This document shows, piece after piece, positions 11,715-26,179 of a DNA stretch of 64,000 bases. The position numbers were made by a program, and so were the translations under genes. Positions within the stretch are counted from its first letter, which is position 1. Every line of letters begins with the position of its first letter. The stretch lies in contig OZ024740.1 of assembly GCA_964016885.1 (NCBI GenBank), forward strand, positions 83,762,001 through 83,826,000, in the 5' to 3' direction. Below the pieces are notes generated by a model, which saw only the letters and a list, made by a program, of their open reading frames with translations, searched no databases and was not told the DNA's origin. This stretch comes from Eledone cirrhosa. Lineage: Eukaryota.

Positions 11715-12205
11715 ATATGTAGAAAAGATAACACATGAGAGAGAGTGTGTTTATCAATGTACAGGGAAAACTACCAATGTATGGAATCTATTACCTAAGA
11801 AAGGTGAGGTAGACACATAATAATTAAAAATATAAATCAGAATGAATTTACCCACTTTTATAACTATATATACCGTCTCATGCACACATATCCTTCTCTC
11901 CACCACGTGTTGCAAGGCATTTAACTTACTTTCCCTTAGAGTTGTCTGGATCGCATTCACTTACCACACGCTGATGAACCTGGGTGTTTCATTCCTTACA
12001 CTAATCTTTTAGCGAAACAAATCTCTTTGAGTGTGTACGTATGTGATATATATTTATAAAGGTGAGTAAATTCATTCTGATATATATATTTAAATTATTA
12101 TGCGTCTGCCTCACCTTTCTTAGTTTATAGATTCAATACACTGGTGGTTTTTCCTGTACATTGATCAACAGACACTCTTCTCATGTGTTATATTTTCTAT
12201 ATATT
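11715..12205. repeat. Fold-back element: ~150-bp inverted arms around a spacer with a degenerate HHR core
   Basis: Arms ~11715-11862 and ~12055-12205; CTGATGA at 11971 then GAAA CAAA tctc TTTG, but no UH site. Confidence 0.7.
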
Positions 12206-12248
<43 letters not shown>

Positions 12249-13846
12249 CGAAGACCTAATCCTAATGATGAAGGAAATCATGTTCTCAAAATGTTTATAA
12301 AAATCGATAATCGATACACAATGTTTACTAAAATCGGGATCGATTCGAATTACTATTATCGAAGATGTGAATTCCTTTTTCGTTTTCCAAAACAGACCTG
12401 TCTATGAATATACAGCCTATTTTAAACCTAGCAGAATGTATATAATTTTACATAATATTTGTTCTATATATATGTACAAAGTACATATCCCTTTCTCAAT
12501 TGCTATATGCTGTTATATATCATGTATACCTGTAAGTGGGGTGGGTGTATATGTGTGTGCGCGTGTGTGTAAGGCAAGAAGAAGTAAATTGAAAGTTCCT
12601 TTGGGGGGAGAAATGAGATCCTCGTCATATCAGTTTCTAATGCAATTTGTCAACTGCTTTAATCGGCATTTTGCTGTTTAGACATTAGAAATTAAATCGT
12701 CGATCATACAAACAGAAATGAAAATATTTCGAAATATATAATCGTTAAAACGTGTATTGTGTGTGGTTAATAGCTTGATAGATTAATTAATGATTGTTTT
12801 CTCAACTTCCTTTAACTTCTAGGGAATGTCATCCTCATATCACTTTGCAGATAAATTGAACCTAATAGGAGATGATAAACTATCCTCAAACTATTGGTTC
12901 AAAAGCTTGCAAAATTCTCGAATCCTCTAAACATATTTAATGTCTATGTGCTTTTCTCAAACCCGATTATTTGCCACCCTGCGGCTGGCGCCCACTTGCT
13001 TTCAATTAATTATCATATCAGACATTGCCTATTACTTCAGGTATCTGGTTGTAACACAAAATTCAAAAAGTTTCATATATGTCTTCTAATGTGAATGAAA
13101 TGAGAAAAAAATAAAATATGTTTTGCTTTAATCTCCTCCATATCTTAACAATGCTAGCTGATTTCCGAAAGAAATAAACATCTTAATCTGTTGATTATTA
13201 TAATCTAACTAGAAAAATTAAATTCGAAAAAATAAACAAGTAAATATTTGATTCGAATGATTTATATGATTTCCGAGAAAATTTGAAGAATTAAAAAGTT
13301 TATATGATTTTGGCGCCTCAAACGTTCATTTGCTGATTCTGTTCACGGTAAATTATATTTCGCAAGTATTGATTTTTTTTTTTACCATGTTGAATTATCA
13401 CATTTTCAACAAAAGCAATGACTGCCGATGTCGAGACAAATGTAAAACTAAAATGTGTTACTATTATTGATACATTTGTTTATTACAGTAGGTACGTGCA
13501 ATAACATTGTAATATTACTATGTACCATCCCCCCCCCCAAAAAAAAATGATTTTTATTATTGTTTTTAATTTATTGGGTCATGTTGTAGCAGTGAGTGAC
13601 AGAACTGATAGAGCAACCTATAGTGTAATGAAGCAAAGTTAGCGAAGGACGGTGGGTAATTTACCGGATCATACACAAATTCAAATACATCACATGTGCA
13701 GATGACGATAAACACATACGTTCAGAGAAAATAACTCAGGGAAGGAACAAGAAATTAAGACAACCATACACACACAAACACATACATACCTCTACAAACA
13801 CATATGTATATATACCAACATATATATATATACACACACACATATG

Positions 13847-13981
<135 letters not shown>

Positions 13982-14029
13982 CATATGTATAATCAAAGAG
14001 ATATTTAATTTGTTGGTAATTCAACAAAT

Positions 14030-15400
14030 ATATTTATAACAGATTAGGCATTCAAAATAAGACAGAACCCTTTATACCTAGAAAATCGAAGATTAATTTG
14101 AAGGACCACAAAAGAAATGTTGAAGTCGAACTACCAGTCAGACTCATTGCACCATCTAAATCTGACCTAGACATAATTAGCAAACATATACTAGATAGGA
14201 TTATACCAGTACTTAAGCAAAAATCACACCTTAAACTATGGAACGGTACACATGAAGTAATAGATTGGTTTGCAGACATTAGATTAAAACATAGGAAAAC
14301 ATTTATTCAAGTGGATATTACAAATTACTACTCCTCTATTACCCCTAGCTTACATAATAAGGCACTTATTTACGCTTCTAAATATACAGACCTATCTAGT
14401 GAAGAAATGAATATCATTCTAACCGCACGTAAAACCCTAATAGAATTTAATAACCATATCTGGACAAGGGTTGATAGACAAAACAATTTTGACATCAATA
14501 TGGGTTCATCTGATTCAGCTCAAGTAACAGACCTCGTTAGATGATTTATTATTAATGTACTACATAGAAAAATGCCAGAGATGACCGGAGGTTTATATCG
14601 CGACGATATGTTACTTTTAATCGAAAACCATAGCAATGGTGAACTTAATAGAAAAAAGAAATCCATCATAGAGTTTTTCAACAACTACAACCTTAAATTA
14701 AAAATTGAGAATAATAAATGTTTCTACTTTTGGTACAAGGCCAGCAATTACCCAGTACATTACTGGTACATTATTTTATCGACCCCGTAAGGATGAAAGG
14801 CAAAGTTAAACTCGGCGGGATTTGAACTCAGATCGTAAAGGGACGTAACTCTTTGCGTCAAAGCATGACGTCCGACCCTACTGATACTGCCAATCCCCCG
14901 CTCTTGAAATTGAGAATAATAATAAAATTGTTAGCTTCTTAGATGTAACTTTAAACGTTATCTCAGGTCTATATTATCCTTTCCATGAAATTAACGAAAA
15001 CCTAAATTATGTAATTTACAATTCTAACCATCCTAGAAATATGAAAAAATACTATTGTCAATAGTGTCCAGCAACGAATCACGCATCTCAGCTAATAAAA
15101 ATATTTTTGATAATAAGGCAGAATATTATAATGAGGCTTTACATAGAGCTGGATACTTGAATAAAATTAAATACTTAGATAAAAATAATATGCAAAATCA
15201 TCCTATAATTCACTATAATAATAATAAGCAATTCAACTTGAACAGTAAATCAAACAAAAAAACTAGAACTAGAAATATTATTTGCTCCCCTACCCCATTC
15301 TCATTAGGGGTTAAAACACCTGTAGCAAAACTATTTTTCAAAGTACTAGATAAGTGTTTTCCTGAATCCCACCGATACCATTCTATGTTTACCTATTAAA
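14030..15400 (+). pseudogene. Penelope/Poseidon-type PLE reverse transcriptase fragment
   Basis: LKDHK..RLIAPSKSD, VDITNYYSSI, MGSSDSAQVTDLV, GGLYRDD, FLDVTL, SNHP; several stops. Confidence 0.9.
14718..14906 (-). mobile_element. tRNA-derived SINE inserted into the PLE RT
   Basis: 16-bp TSD aaattgagaataataa at 14702-14717 and 14907-14922; B-box GAGTTCAAATCC. Confidence 0.9.
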
Positions 15401-15419
15401 CTATCTTATTCTACTACTA

Positions 15420-18400
15420 TGAACATAGCACAAAATATAAATAGAAATAATAATAGAAACTTAAATTTAAATCCAAACCTAACAACTACAACATATATCA
15501 CCCCCAACAATACAAGAAACAACCCCACAACATCAACACTATGCATCCCAGAAGGAACCCACCCAGACCACATGAACCCAAAACAGAACCCTTACCACAA
15601 TAACAACTACAACAGACCATGCTCCCCATCACCACATTAACTCTTATGTAAAAACTATCTACAGACCCATTCAAAACAGACAAGCAGACTACAATTACAA
15701 CCAAAACAATATTCTTTTTTAAGAAACAAGACTGAAATATCAGGACACATGATAACGCCCACTTATGAGAAGCCGAAGATAATTAACCTTTCAAACGTAT
15801 CACTAACCAATACACAAATTAATATTTTAAGTAAGGGACTGAAATTTACACCCACACCATAACATTCTAACTTCCCCGAAATGAAAGATGACATCATGGA
15901 ATTCTGCCGAAAACTCAGACTAATAGAATACTTCTCTAATGATACCAATACTGAAGACGAATCAATAGTTAGAAACAAAAGTGATTTCTGCCCCCCACAG
16001 AAAGGGAGAAACACAGCAGTGGTCACCTACTGCGAACGCACTATCAACTTTCCCTATGAACAAATCACAAATAAACACACAAAATCGAACCTCTCCAAAC
16101 ACGAATGGAAAAAATCATTCACACTGCAAAACGACACTGAAATAACCATCAAAGAATCTGATAAAGGGAGCACTGTAGTCATTATGGACACTGACTACTA
16201 TAGAGACCTAGCACTCAAAATCATAGACGACAACAGATACTACGAAAAAACAGCAAACTACAAATAAACTAAAATTATGGGGAACCTCCTAGCATTACTG
16301 CAAAAATACCGCAGTAGCCTAACCACAAAGGAATTTGAATACATAAGCCATTTAAAATGTAATACAAGTGCCTTCTACAGCTTACCGAAGATACATAAAT
16401 GTAAAGCCATAAGCAATTCCTGCGACACCTCAACTAGCAAATACATACAATTAACACCGCCAGAAGACTTAACAGTCTGACCAATTATAGCAAGCCCTGT
16501 ATGTGAAACCCACAGACTTAGTAGCTTCCTGGACATCCTACTGAAGCCCTTTCTAAAACATATACAGAGCTACATACGAGATGACCTGGATATGCTGAAC
16601 CACCTACCCAAAACAGTAAGTGAAAACACTATTCTAGTCTCCTTTGACGTAAAAATCTCTACATTAAGATAACCCCATAACTATGAAATAACAGCAATCC
16701 AGTTTTGGCTAGACACCCACCAATCAGAAATACCAAAACGCATCAACAAAAACTTCCTTATTGATGGACTCCGATTTATCTTATAATTTCTTTACTTTCA
16801 ATGACTCAACATACCGACAAATCTCTGGAACTGCAATGGGCACAAAGGTAGCCCCACATACGCCAACTTAGTCATGTGATTCCACGAACAACAAATCTAC
16901 AACCAGTACCTTTTATTATTCGGAGACTCTTTCCTTACACATCTCAACAACAACTGGAAGAGCTACTTCGACGATTGCTTCATTCTATGGCAGGAAGACA
17001 CAAATACACTCACCCTTTTCAAGAATATGATTAACAACATTAACAATAATATACAATTCACAATTGAATCTCACTCCAAGGAATTAGCCTTCCTGGATAT
17101 TCTCATTCTAAAAACGGATGGAAAAATAGAGACAGACATCTATTACAAACCCACGGACTCCAAACAGTACCTCCTATTCACATCAAATCACCCAAAACAT
17201 ACAAAACTTAACATCCCTTTCAATTTAGCCAAACGTATATGCACCATAGTATCAGACCCAGCTAAAGAGGAATAAAGACTAAATGAACTCAAAAACACAC
17301 TCACCTTAAGAGCCTTCCCACTTAACATAATTAATAACGGTATAGATAAAGCAAAACACGCAAATGTTCATCAACTCAACAATCCAAAGCACAGCACCAC
17401 AAACAATACCTTACCATAAGATTCCACGTTCAACCCCAGGAACACCGAAATATTCGACCTCTGCACAAAAACCTCCCCATTCTATTTAAAGATGAAAAAA
17501 TGAAAAATATTCTAGAAACACACAAGATCATCAAAAGCAAAACACAACCAAAATCAGTAAAATACATCCTCACAGGAACAAAGATACACAAACCTATCAC
17601 CAACCTTATGGTAACAAAACGCGGAAGAACGAACTGTGGATCATGCCTATACTTAATTGAAGGGCAAAAATTCACGTTCAAAGATGGCCAATCTTTCACA
17701 GTGAAAAAGAACTTCACTTGCAACTCGGAGTAACTAATCTATGTAATCACATGTGGTGGTTGTCAACATAACTATATAGTACAGAAGGGTGTATTATTAC
17801 GCAAAAGAATGACCATCCACCGCCAACAAATTCGAGAGGTAAACACAAGGAAAATCCCCTTAAGCAGACACATTGCAATTAGTGCAGGAATGACTCTCCC
17901 CAACATTAAAATCTTCCGACTTTACAAGTGCTCCGACTCAACAACAAAGAATAAATAAGGAAAAACTATTTATAAATAAATTTAAACCAAAACTAAATAT
18001 GTAATCACCCTCATTAGTCCCCCCCCCCCCCCCACACACACGCACACGCGCGCGCGCACTGATTTTTTTTTCTAATATTTAAACTTTTGAATTCTGAGAA
18101 CCTTTAACTTTTGACAATTTTCGGAATTTTGTAGAAACAAATATTACTTAATTCCCTCTGTGTATATATTTATGTATTTACTCATTCATTTATATATACA
18201 CGCACTGTGTCTGGTTTTTGTAAAGATTTCTTAGGATCTTTTAAAAATTTCTCTTTAAGAATGATGTTTTGGAGAGAGAGATTTTTTTAAGCTTCCTTTT
18301 AAAAGGTATTTTTTGAAGTTTTTTGGAAGAGTTCTCTTAACTCTCTTAACTTCTTTAATTTATAATTTTTTGGATTCTGGGATTCCTTTGGATTTCAGCT

Positions 18401-19440
18401 CTTAACTTTTGCGAATTATCTGAATTAGGGAGAGAAAAGAATGTTTTTCTTTGTTCCCCTCTACATAAGTAAATTTAACAGACAAACTGTAAAAACACAC
18501 ACACACACATTTTTCGGAATTTTGTAGAAAAAAATGTTACTTAATTCCCTCTGTGTATATATTTATTTATTTACTTTTTCATTTATATACACACGCAATG
18601 TGTCTCGTTTATTAAAAGATTTTTGAGATCTTTTAAAAATCTCTTTTAGAAAATGATTTTTTGGAGAGAAAGATTTTTAAAAGTTTCTTTTGAAAGGTAT
18701 TTTTTGAATTTTTTTTTGAAGAGTTCTCTTAACTCTCTGAACTTCTTTAATTTATAAATTTTTGCATTCTGCGAATACTTTGGATTTCAGCTCTTAACTT
18801 TTGCCAATTTTCTGAATTTTGGGAGGAAAGAATTTTTTCTTAATTCCCTCTACAAAGGTGGCTTTAACAGACAAATTGTAAAAACACACACGCACAACCA
18901 CCCCACACACATATACGCACACACTCACATGTGTGTAATCTTGTATATACACCCTCACACTCTCTCTATAAACCTGTGTGTGTGGGGGGGGGGGGGGGGT
19001 ATATACACATCCTAACCTACCACAGCAGTCAGCTCCTACGGCCCCCTATCCCCTTTTCAACTATTGACCACTAGATTAAACAATACAGTCAAAGCACATT
19101 TCTCGCACCAACAAAACTTGGCCTCATTCCCTGCCAACTTTTCAGAAAGCATGATGGAAGAAATTTTACTCAAACATTCGATTTTGATTTTAATTTTAAA
19201 CCTTTTTTTATTCCTTGCAACCCTTTTTAATTAACTTTTTTCACTGAACTTGACAAGATAGATCTTAATACATCGAAACCACTAATTTTCTCATACACTT
19301 TATATACTTCATTAAACAAATTTCAAAAAAGAATTGAACCTCTCTTTTTTTAATAACACTATCTTTTTAATAATGTGACTTTGACGATTCAAAAACGAAA
19401 AACAAACCCTTAAATATATCTCCCGTGCTATTTCCAACTT
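15420..19440 (+). mobile_element. Degenerate Neptune-type PLE (RT, Cys linker, GIY-YIG) with 3' pLTR region
   Basis: IINLS..LSKGLKFTPTP, IKESDKG, LPKIHK, GTAMGTKVAP, YFDD, FLDILI, YYKPTD, CGSC, LIYVITCGGC; many stops; coding ends ~18004. Confidence 0.9.
18115..18895. repeat. Tandem direct duplication, ~390-bp unit x2
   Basis: ttttcggaattttgtagaaa...aacagacaaa(c/t)tgtaaaaacacac occurs at ~18118 and ~18511. Confidence 0.85.
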
Positions 19441-19445
19441 CATCT

Positions 19446-19529
<84 letters not shown>

Positions 19530-19534
<5 letters not shown>

Positions 19535-19830
19535 ATACTTGGGGAGGGTCATATTTGTGTAATATTGCCAGAATTAATAACAGAACACACTCACTGTTTG
19601 GTTGGTTTTCGCTTTTCGCTTCTGTGTCTTTTATCTCGATAATCTAATTTATTCGGTCCTTAATGTTGCCATTGACTGACCAACGGTCAAAAATAATACA
19701 GATACAATATAGACACAAACACATATATATAGTTTATCAAAGTCCTTTCGTTGCATATCTGCAAGAGCGTCAGTGGTGCTATTGTTTCCTCCCGTTGCAT
19801 TGTATTTTCTACGCCATCTCTATTTAGTCT
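19530..19830 (-). mobile_element. Diverged pLTR related to the 33.4/57.8 kb family, with a degenerate HHR (~19735-19778)
   Basis: Terminus tgttatacttggggagggtcat; minus strand CTGACGC-TC-TTGCA gata TGCAA-C-GAAA-GGAC-TT. Confidence 0.55.
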
Positions 19831-20136
19831 GTTTATATATTTATTTATTTGTTTATTTTATTTTGTCTTCTTTGTGCATGCGTTTGCGTGTGTGTATAGT
19901 GTTTTGTTTGATGTGTGTTCGTGATTGGGTGACTGTGTATTGGTTAATGTATTCTATCTTTACTAGTGTGTGTTTATGTGTGTTTGTTGTTATTGTGTTT
20001 GTGTATGTATGTATTTATTTATTTATTTATCTATTAATTTATTTATATTTCTCTTAGGTCAGTGTTGTTTGTTTGGGTGTTGTTGTTATTCCATTCATTC
20101 TTTCTATTTATATATATATATATATATATATACATA

Positions 20137-23100
20137 CATATCATTCGGGCCATTTTCGCTTCATTCACCCACCTTTCAGTAAATTTACTGGGGTGCAGTG
20201 CCTCTCTCTCCACTCTGATCCTCTTTCTAAAGTGATACTTAAAGAAGGGAATCAATTGTTGTCCGGAGAGAAAAGCATCTGCCCTCAGTCCTCTCAATCT
20301 CGTCCACAATATAACCTCTTTAACCATAGCCACTGTACAGGGGAAAACCGCCTCTTTATCGTTTTTGAAAGAGGCTGGTGGTTTGATCCTTACTATGGAC
20401 TCGGCAGTCAACTGGATTTGTCCCATACGCTACAGCAGTTGTTCTGCATAGTTCCACAGATCGGTTACGCCCGCGCAGTCTACACCTGCGTGCAGGGAGG
20501 TTTCAATGTCCTGCGCGCATCTTGGATACGTCCTCTTGAAAGGATCCTGCCGGAGAGTCCGTGCCTGTAGATCTGGTCACGAACTGGTAGAGCTCCTCGG
20601 TGGCACTGCCAGGCCAGGGACCTCTGGAAGTTGTCCATAGGTCCCGGGCGGAAAGTCCTACCAAACAGGCTGGTGAGCTCATCGTCTTCGACGCCCAGAG
20701 TCTTTCCGAGCACGTCGTCGCCCTTGTAGCGTACAGTACCTCTATAGAATGTCGAAGTGGAGTCAACACTGATTGATGTGCCCGCTTGCCAAAGGACTGT
20801 GAGCGCTTGTGCACATTCAATGTGCCAGGCGCCCATCGTTTTCGGTCTTTTCTTGACCCAGGACTGCATCTCCGTCAGCAAGACGAGCTGCGGGAAAGCC
20901 TGTCTCACAAACGGTGCCCAAAGCGGTTGGTGGTCGGTGAGGAATACCTGGAGATGCCGCAGCCTCAGCGCATGTTTGCGCATCATCATCCACGGCATTC
21001 CCAGCACTCCGTTGGAAGGGTGCTGACAGCAGACGGATCTCCTCACCAGCGGAGCCTGCTTCTTCCACAGAAACTGGAAGAGCATGCGTTCCATCTTGGC
21101 GAGGTAGTCACGGGGACAAGGCACAACAGTCAAGCGGTAGTAGATGACGGACGCTATGAAAGTGTTCGCCACCTTCGCTCGACCTTTCAAGGACAGTTTA
21201 CACTCTGCCCACTTCTGGGTGAACGCAAACACCTTGGCCGTGACATTCGTTCCAGTTTTTCTCTACCTGGTTCGTCTGTTCTCTTCACCGGTTCGTCCGT
21301 CCAGCGTCCAGCGACGCTGTCGGACATCATCGGTTTGTCTCTCCACGTACCAAGTTGCAAACCGACAGACTTGTCCGGGTTTAGTTTTGCACCCGTTAGC
21401 GTTTCTTCTTCTTTCAGTAAGTTGCCGATCACCCCGATTTCTGAGGTGCTCGACACCATTATTGTCACGTTGTCGGCATAGGCCGACGCCGCTTTGTGCA
21501 GTCCCGGTTCTAGAGGGATGCCCTGCAACAGGTCCAATTTCCGCAGTAGTGGTTCTAGAGTCAATACATACAGAATGGAAGAGAGAGGGCATCCCTGTCG
21601 AATGGAACGCGTGATTGCGAACGGCTCCGATAGGTAGCCATTTACCTTGACCCTCGAGCAGATGCTGGTGTGCAACGTCTCGATCCAGCCTCTGAAAACG
21701 GGACCGAAACCGGCCGCCTTGAGAACCGCTTCCAAGTATCGATGGTCGACCCTATCGAATGCTTTAGACTGATCCAAATTGATCAGAGCCCTACCGAAGC
21801 CGGGTTTACTACCCACCCACTCTATGATGTATCGCATGAGATGGAGGTTGTCGTGTATGGACCTGGTCGGGATTGCACACATTTGCGCTTTCCCTACCAG
21901 GTTCTCGACGACAAGCGCCAACCCCGTCGCTAGCACTTTGGCCAAAATCTTTAACTCTGTGTTGAACAGAGTTATGGGTCTGACGTTGTTAATTTCGTCC
22001 TCCTTGTTCTCGTCTTTCCTGATCAGCGTTACTACGCCCTTGCCTGCAGAACTGGGAATTGTTCTATTCTGCTGCCAATTGCAGTAGACGGCTTCGAGAA
22101 CGCCAGAGAACAAGTCCGGCATGCCTATGTAAAACTAATAGGGTAGACCATCTAGACCGAGTGACTTGCGTTTCCCGCAGCGGCTCAGAGCGTCCCGTAT
22201 CTCAGTGTCCGTGATCGGTCTTTCGCAGAACTCGGCGTCCGTGTTCGAGAGACGCGGCAGGCCGTCGAGGTATGAACTAAAGTCCATTGCCCCGTTCGGC
22301 TCACCGTCGTTCTGATCAAACAGTCGCGCAGAGTGCTTCTGAAAGGCCGCACACATTTGCTTGGGGTCAAGTAGCACGCGTCCGTTTTGGTCTTGCCACT
22401 TTTTGCCTCCGCCACCCGGGCCCAGCTGACAGCTTTCGCTCCTTCGTTTCCTAGAGCACGTGTTTTGCTTCTGACCACGCAGCCTTCGTGTTTCGCAACG
22501 ACGAACTGTCCAGTGCCGTTCTCGACGCTAACACTCTAGCCGCGTTGCCACTTCTAAGTACCTCCTCTACCTTGTCTAATAGTTCTCTTTCTATTTTGTT
22601 TTTCTCTAAGGCTAACTCTCTGCTAAACCCAATCGATTCTACTCTAATTGCTTTCTTGAGAGAGTATCACCATCTATTGTTGACGATGGCTCCCGTTAAC
22701 TGTTGCTTGACTAGTCTACTTATCCATTCACTGTAAGCTTTACGTGGCGGCAACGACACGTTCAGCTTCCAGTATCCTGGTCCTTGTCTATGTGTTCTAT
22801 CACGGTTGACTATGCAGACGACTAATTTGTGAGCTGAATAGGCAACCATGTGCATTCGTGGACAGCGTAACATCTCCTTGTCCCTTTCTCTAATGAAGAA
22901 CCTATCTAAATACTATCTAGATGTCCCGCTTCGGTTTGGCCACGTCCACTGTGATGCAGTCGGGAAATCCAGTTGATACCTATCGGCCAGTTGGAATTGG
23001 CCGATTAAAGTTTTGAGGCTGTTGCACCTCCCCTCTACTGGGACATGCTCCCACATAGTCTAATCGTGCATCTAGGATACCATTCCTCTCCCCCACTGAA

Positions 23101-25780
23101 AGTAAGGAGCGAGACATTCCTAGAAAAGATTCTAGACGCTTAACGAAGCATGGCCGTGATTGCGATTGCCCGGTCGTGGTATAAACGGCCACCAGTCTGA
23201 AGGCTCCACCGCCAATACTGTTCACGTCTAGGACTACCAGTCTACCCTCCGGGTCCAAGTGTACTTGCTGTACTACGACGTCCAGGTTCTTCCGAAATAT
23301 GACAGCCACTCCTCCTCCACCTCCTGGCTGAGAGAGAGATGCGTAGATCTCAAAGTCGTCGAATATGGGGGTTAGTTGCTGCCTGTTGTGGATCCTGGAC
23401 TCGGTGACGGCTAACACATCCATACCGTGTGACCTAAGGTCGTTTAAAAGTTGGCCCTGTTTCCAAGGCATCTCTAGGCCACGCACGTTCATGCTTCCAA
23501 CTCGTAAACTAGCCATGTTAGTGAAGAAGAGTTGGAGAAAAAAGAAGAAAAGGTGCACTTAGCTTTTCGTTTACTGGAGATCGGGTTGTTCAATTTCCAT
23601 TTGGATGCTGGAGGGGTGTTGGGTGGGGCGAGGAAACATTTTAACAGGATGCGGTTGATGGGTTTCTGGCAACGGTTACCCACGTCCTGCGAAATTTTAT
23701 TTTTCAGGTCACTATAGGTCTCCATAGAAACCCTTATAAGTTTAAGGTGTGGAGACGATTCTGCTTTGACGATAGTTTTGCCTTCCGTCTCCATCTTGGG
23801 GTTTTAGGAGATGACCTCCATTAAACTCTTGTTGTTTGTGTTGATGTATGCGCATTGTTGTTTGTGTTTTTGTTGTGTTGTTTTAGTTTATTGTTCGTTC
23901 GGGAGTTTTCTTTTTATGGTGGGTGTTTGTGTTTGGGGTGTTGTTGGTTTTGCTGGTAGGATGTTGTTTGTGTCTGTGGTTGTGTGTTGGTGTTAGTGAT
24001 TGGAGTTTTGGGGGTTTTGTGGTGTCTCTTTTTTGTTTTTTTAGATTTCCGAGGCTCTCCTTCTTCTTCACTTAAAGAAGGAGAAGCAGCCTCATCTGTT
24101 CATGAATAATCATCGTCAGGAGTGTGGGGTAGGGGTATGTTGTGTGGTGGTGCTGTTTCGGTGTGTGTGTTTGTGGTAGTGTTTGATGGAGTGGGATGGG
24201 TGGGCTGTCTTCTTCAGGGGTGTTGTCTGTGTTTTTTCAGTTGTTGTTGGTTGAGTGGCTGTTTGTTTTGGTGTGTTAGCTTCTTTCGTGAGTTGTTGTT
24301 GTTGTGGTGGTGGTTGTTTTGGTGTTGGTGTTTGTAACAGTGTTTTCTTTTATATTGTTTTGGTAGAGCGTGTTTGTAAAGGTCAGGAGGCCTTTAGGTG
24401 TGTGGTGCTATTGCAACGAAAGCAATCTGGTTTTCGTCCCTCCACCGAAATGTTTATGTGGCTCTTTTTGTCCACTAGCACTTTTTCTGGGATTTTGGAG
24501 ATTCTTTCCGGCCTCATTTGCACCAGAATCTCCAAATTTGTACCAGACCAGGTGTGACTGGTTGACTTTTTGATGGAGAGAATAATATCTTTTCTCTCCT
24601 AAAATTCCTGCCAATATCCACCAAATATTAATATTTGGTGGTATGTTTGAAACTAATTTTTTGTGTCCTTTTTCCCAGGTATGTAGAGGAAAAGGTGTAT
24701 TTTTGTGACAGTATTGGCGTCACTGAGTATCTTTGTGCAAGGGCCTCGCTTTTGAGGAGTACCGAAATACTCCCGTACTGTTTGGCCCTCTGCATAAAGT
24801 AAATGTCTGTCAATATCTCTTTCAATGTTGCCTCAATTTCCCCTTGACTGAGGAATGCTAGTCGTTTTGTTTCATTTGAAACAGTTCTGAATGTAATTGT
24901 TCTTCAAAATGTTTCCATACGAATTTCTGGGGGTGAGTTTATGTGAAATCCACCGTTTTCTCCGAAAGTGATAAACTCCTTTGCCTCATAGAGCATCTGT
25001 TTCGCATTGGAGATATGGAGATCCTTGAAATCTTGTGTCTTGATGACTGTTTGCACAAAAGTTTTTTTGGTGTTGTTATTGTTGTTGTTGATGTTGTTGT
25101 TATGATTGTCGGTTTTCCGTTTGTAGTTGTGTCAATTCTTTTATTTTCTGTTGTTTTTTTCCGTCTGTTGTACTATGTATGGTTCGATCTTGTTTTTATT
25201 TTTGTTGTCCATATTGGTTCCCATGGTGACGCCAATACATGCGGAGTTAAAGGTAACGTTATTATTATTTGTGACTGTTTCTGTATAAGTTATTTTTTGT
25301 TGTTGTTGTTGTTGTGGTTGTCGGTTTTTTCGTTTGTAGTTGTGTCTATTGTGTCATTTTTTGTGGTTTTTGATGTCTGTTGTAAGCTGTGTGGTCCATC
25401 TTGTAAGTTGCATTTTTCGGCTTCTTGGCAAAACAAAACTTTGTTGTCGCTATTTGTATCCATAGTGACGCCTATGTAGGCAGAAGTTACGGTAACGTTA
25501 CTCTCTTCATTTCTCTCTCTACTTTCTTCGTCAGCGTTCGGTAGCGTTGCATTTACTAAGCTAGTCATCATCAATAGCAAAAATATTACATTTTTGAAAA
25601 TTTTTCAAATTAAATTTTCGCCCCTGTGGGGGAGAAAAATGAGATTGCCACCCAGCTGACAATTCAGCCTGGGATTTAATCTACAAAACAACGTGTTTTT
25701 TTTTTAAACAAGAATTTCTGTTTTTTGTAAATAAATTGACAGAAACTTACCAGCAAGATTGTGTGCGTCCAGCTACCAAG
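20137..25780 (-). mobile_element. Near full-length, degenerate L1/Tx1-clade LINE (ORF1 ~25580-23540; ORF2 23516-20137 APE-RT)
   Basis: ORF2 MASLRVGSMNVRGL, SRLDRF, GPGYWKLN, GLDGLP, DQSKAFDRV, IRQGCPLS, YADN; ORF1 VEGRKPDCFRCNSTTHLKAS* at ~24390-24445; pyrimidine-rich inter-ORF spacer. Confidence 0.92.
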
Positions 25781-26179
25781 ATAGATATATAGATAGATAG
25801 ATAGATAGATATGGAATATATGTGGCATGCATGAACTTGGTGCTACTTTCGTGCCTGATACGACGACAGAATCCTGATAACACGAGCTTATCTTCAGACA
25901 TGTTTATAAGTCAAATATTATTCTAAGTCTCTGTTTTGGTTGTTGTCGTTTATTCCTGTTCTTATTCCTTGAAAGAAGTTCGCTAAACGCGATTAACTAC
26001 GGAAAATATGATATATTCATATTTAATTATGATTATATTTACATCCTCCCTGTCTTCATCTCACATTTTCTCACAGAGTTATAGGCACATATACATGTAT
26101 TTATGTATATATGTGCTGTTCTGCTAAGGAAATGGTCATAAGTGGCGGATAGTGATACGGCGACCAAATATGATGGTTA

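Noticed and set aside
20757-22087. Plus-strand ORFs overlapping the LINE (and antisense ORFs in the Gypsy and RTE elements)
   Set aside because: Shadow ORFs of GC-richer coding sequence, with no recognisable motifs
25825-25905. Minus-strand CTGAAGA...GAAA hammerhead candidate
   Set aside because: Needs a 7-nt core insertion; stem III and the UH site do not form
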